This document shows positions 31,953 to 32,000 of a DNA stretch of 32,000 bases, piece by piece (position 1 is the stretch's first letter; every line of letters begins with the position of its first letter). The position numbers and the translations under genes were made by a program. The notes under the pieces are model-generated. The model saw only the letters and a list, made by a program, of their open reading frames with translations, ran no database searches and was not told the origin of the DNA. This DNA comes from Candidatus Nanopusillus sp. (GTDB lineage Archaea; Nanobdellota; Nanobdellia; Nanobdellales; Nanobdellaceae), in NCBI GenBank assembly GCA_028276785.1, contig JAPYVP010000001.1:35401-67400 (forward strand), read 5' to 3'.

Positions 31953-32000
31953 ATGATGTGGTTGGCTTGAAACTGAAAAATGATGAATACGGCTACGCTG
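31953..32000 (+). ncRNA. C/D box sRNA, 3' end truncated by the window edge
   Basis: AUGAUGU (C, 31953-31959) - GGUUGGCUUGAAA (13 nt) - CUGA (D', 31973-31976) - AAA - AUGAUGA (C', 31980-31986) - AUACGGCUACG (11 nt) - CUG[A] (D, starts 31998). Confidence 0.7.

Overview
Very AT-rich, gene-dense archaeal chromosome segment in which many neighbouring genes overlap by a few nt. GC content was judged by eye, not computed. The split rpoB, archaeal ribosomal proteins, C/D box sRNAs and TATA boxes about 26 nt upstream of start codons point to a small-genome archaeon; a DPANN/Nanoarchaeota-like identity is inference only. Left part (1-8.0 kb): 3' end of an archaeal Lon protease, a 1420-aa sequon-rich surface protein with an internal TM hairpin, rps24e-rps27ae, a DUF192-like gene, a canonical C/D box sRNA overlapping the stop codon of a family-4 uracil-DNA glycosylase, and an agmatinase. 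Centre (8.0-19.5 kb, minus strand): a 12-gene, tightly coupled operon. It encodes an archaellin/pilin-like lead protein, a FlaJ/TadC-like membrane platform, four small paralogous pilin-like proteins, a pilin-anchored papain-fold domain whose nucleophile Cys is replaced by Tyr, a DUF333-like Cys/Pro-rich protein, three further Cys-rich pilin-like proteins (542, 411 and 215 aa) and an unassigned 401-aa polytopic membrane protein. No secretion ATPase or prepilin peptidase is visible in the window. This looks like a non-canonical type IV filament-like surface/adhesion apparatus and is the main candidate for a novel system. Right part (19.5-32 kb): DUF371 plus RimK-type ATP-grasp genes, then rpoH-rpoB''-rpoB'-rpoA'-rpoA''-rpl30e-rps12-(inserted membrane protein)-rps7 with no nusA, followed by pdaD, xerA, a structured hairpin and a second C/D box sRNA cut by the window edge. 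No CRISPR array, tRNA, rRNA or obvious mobile element was found.
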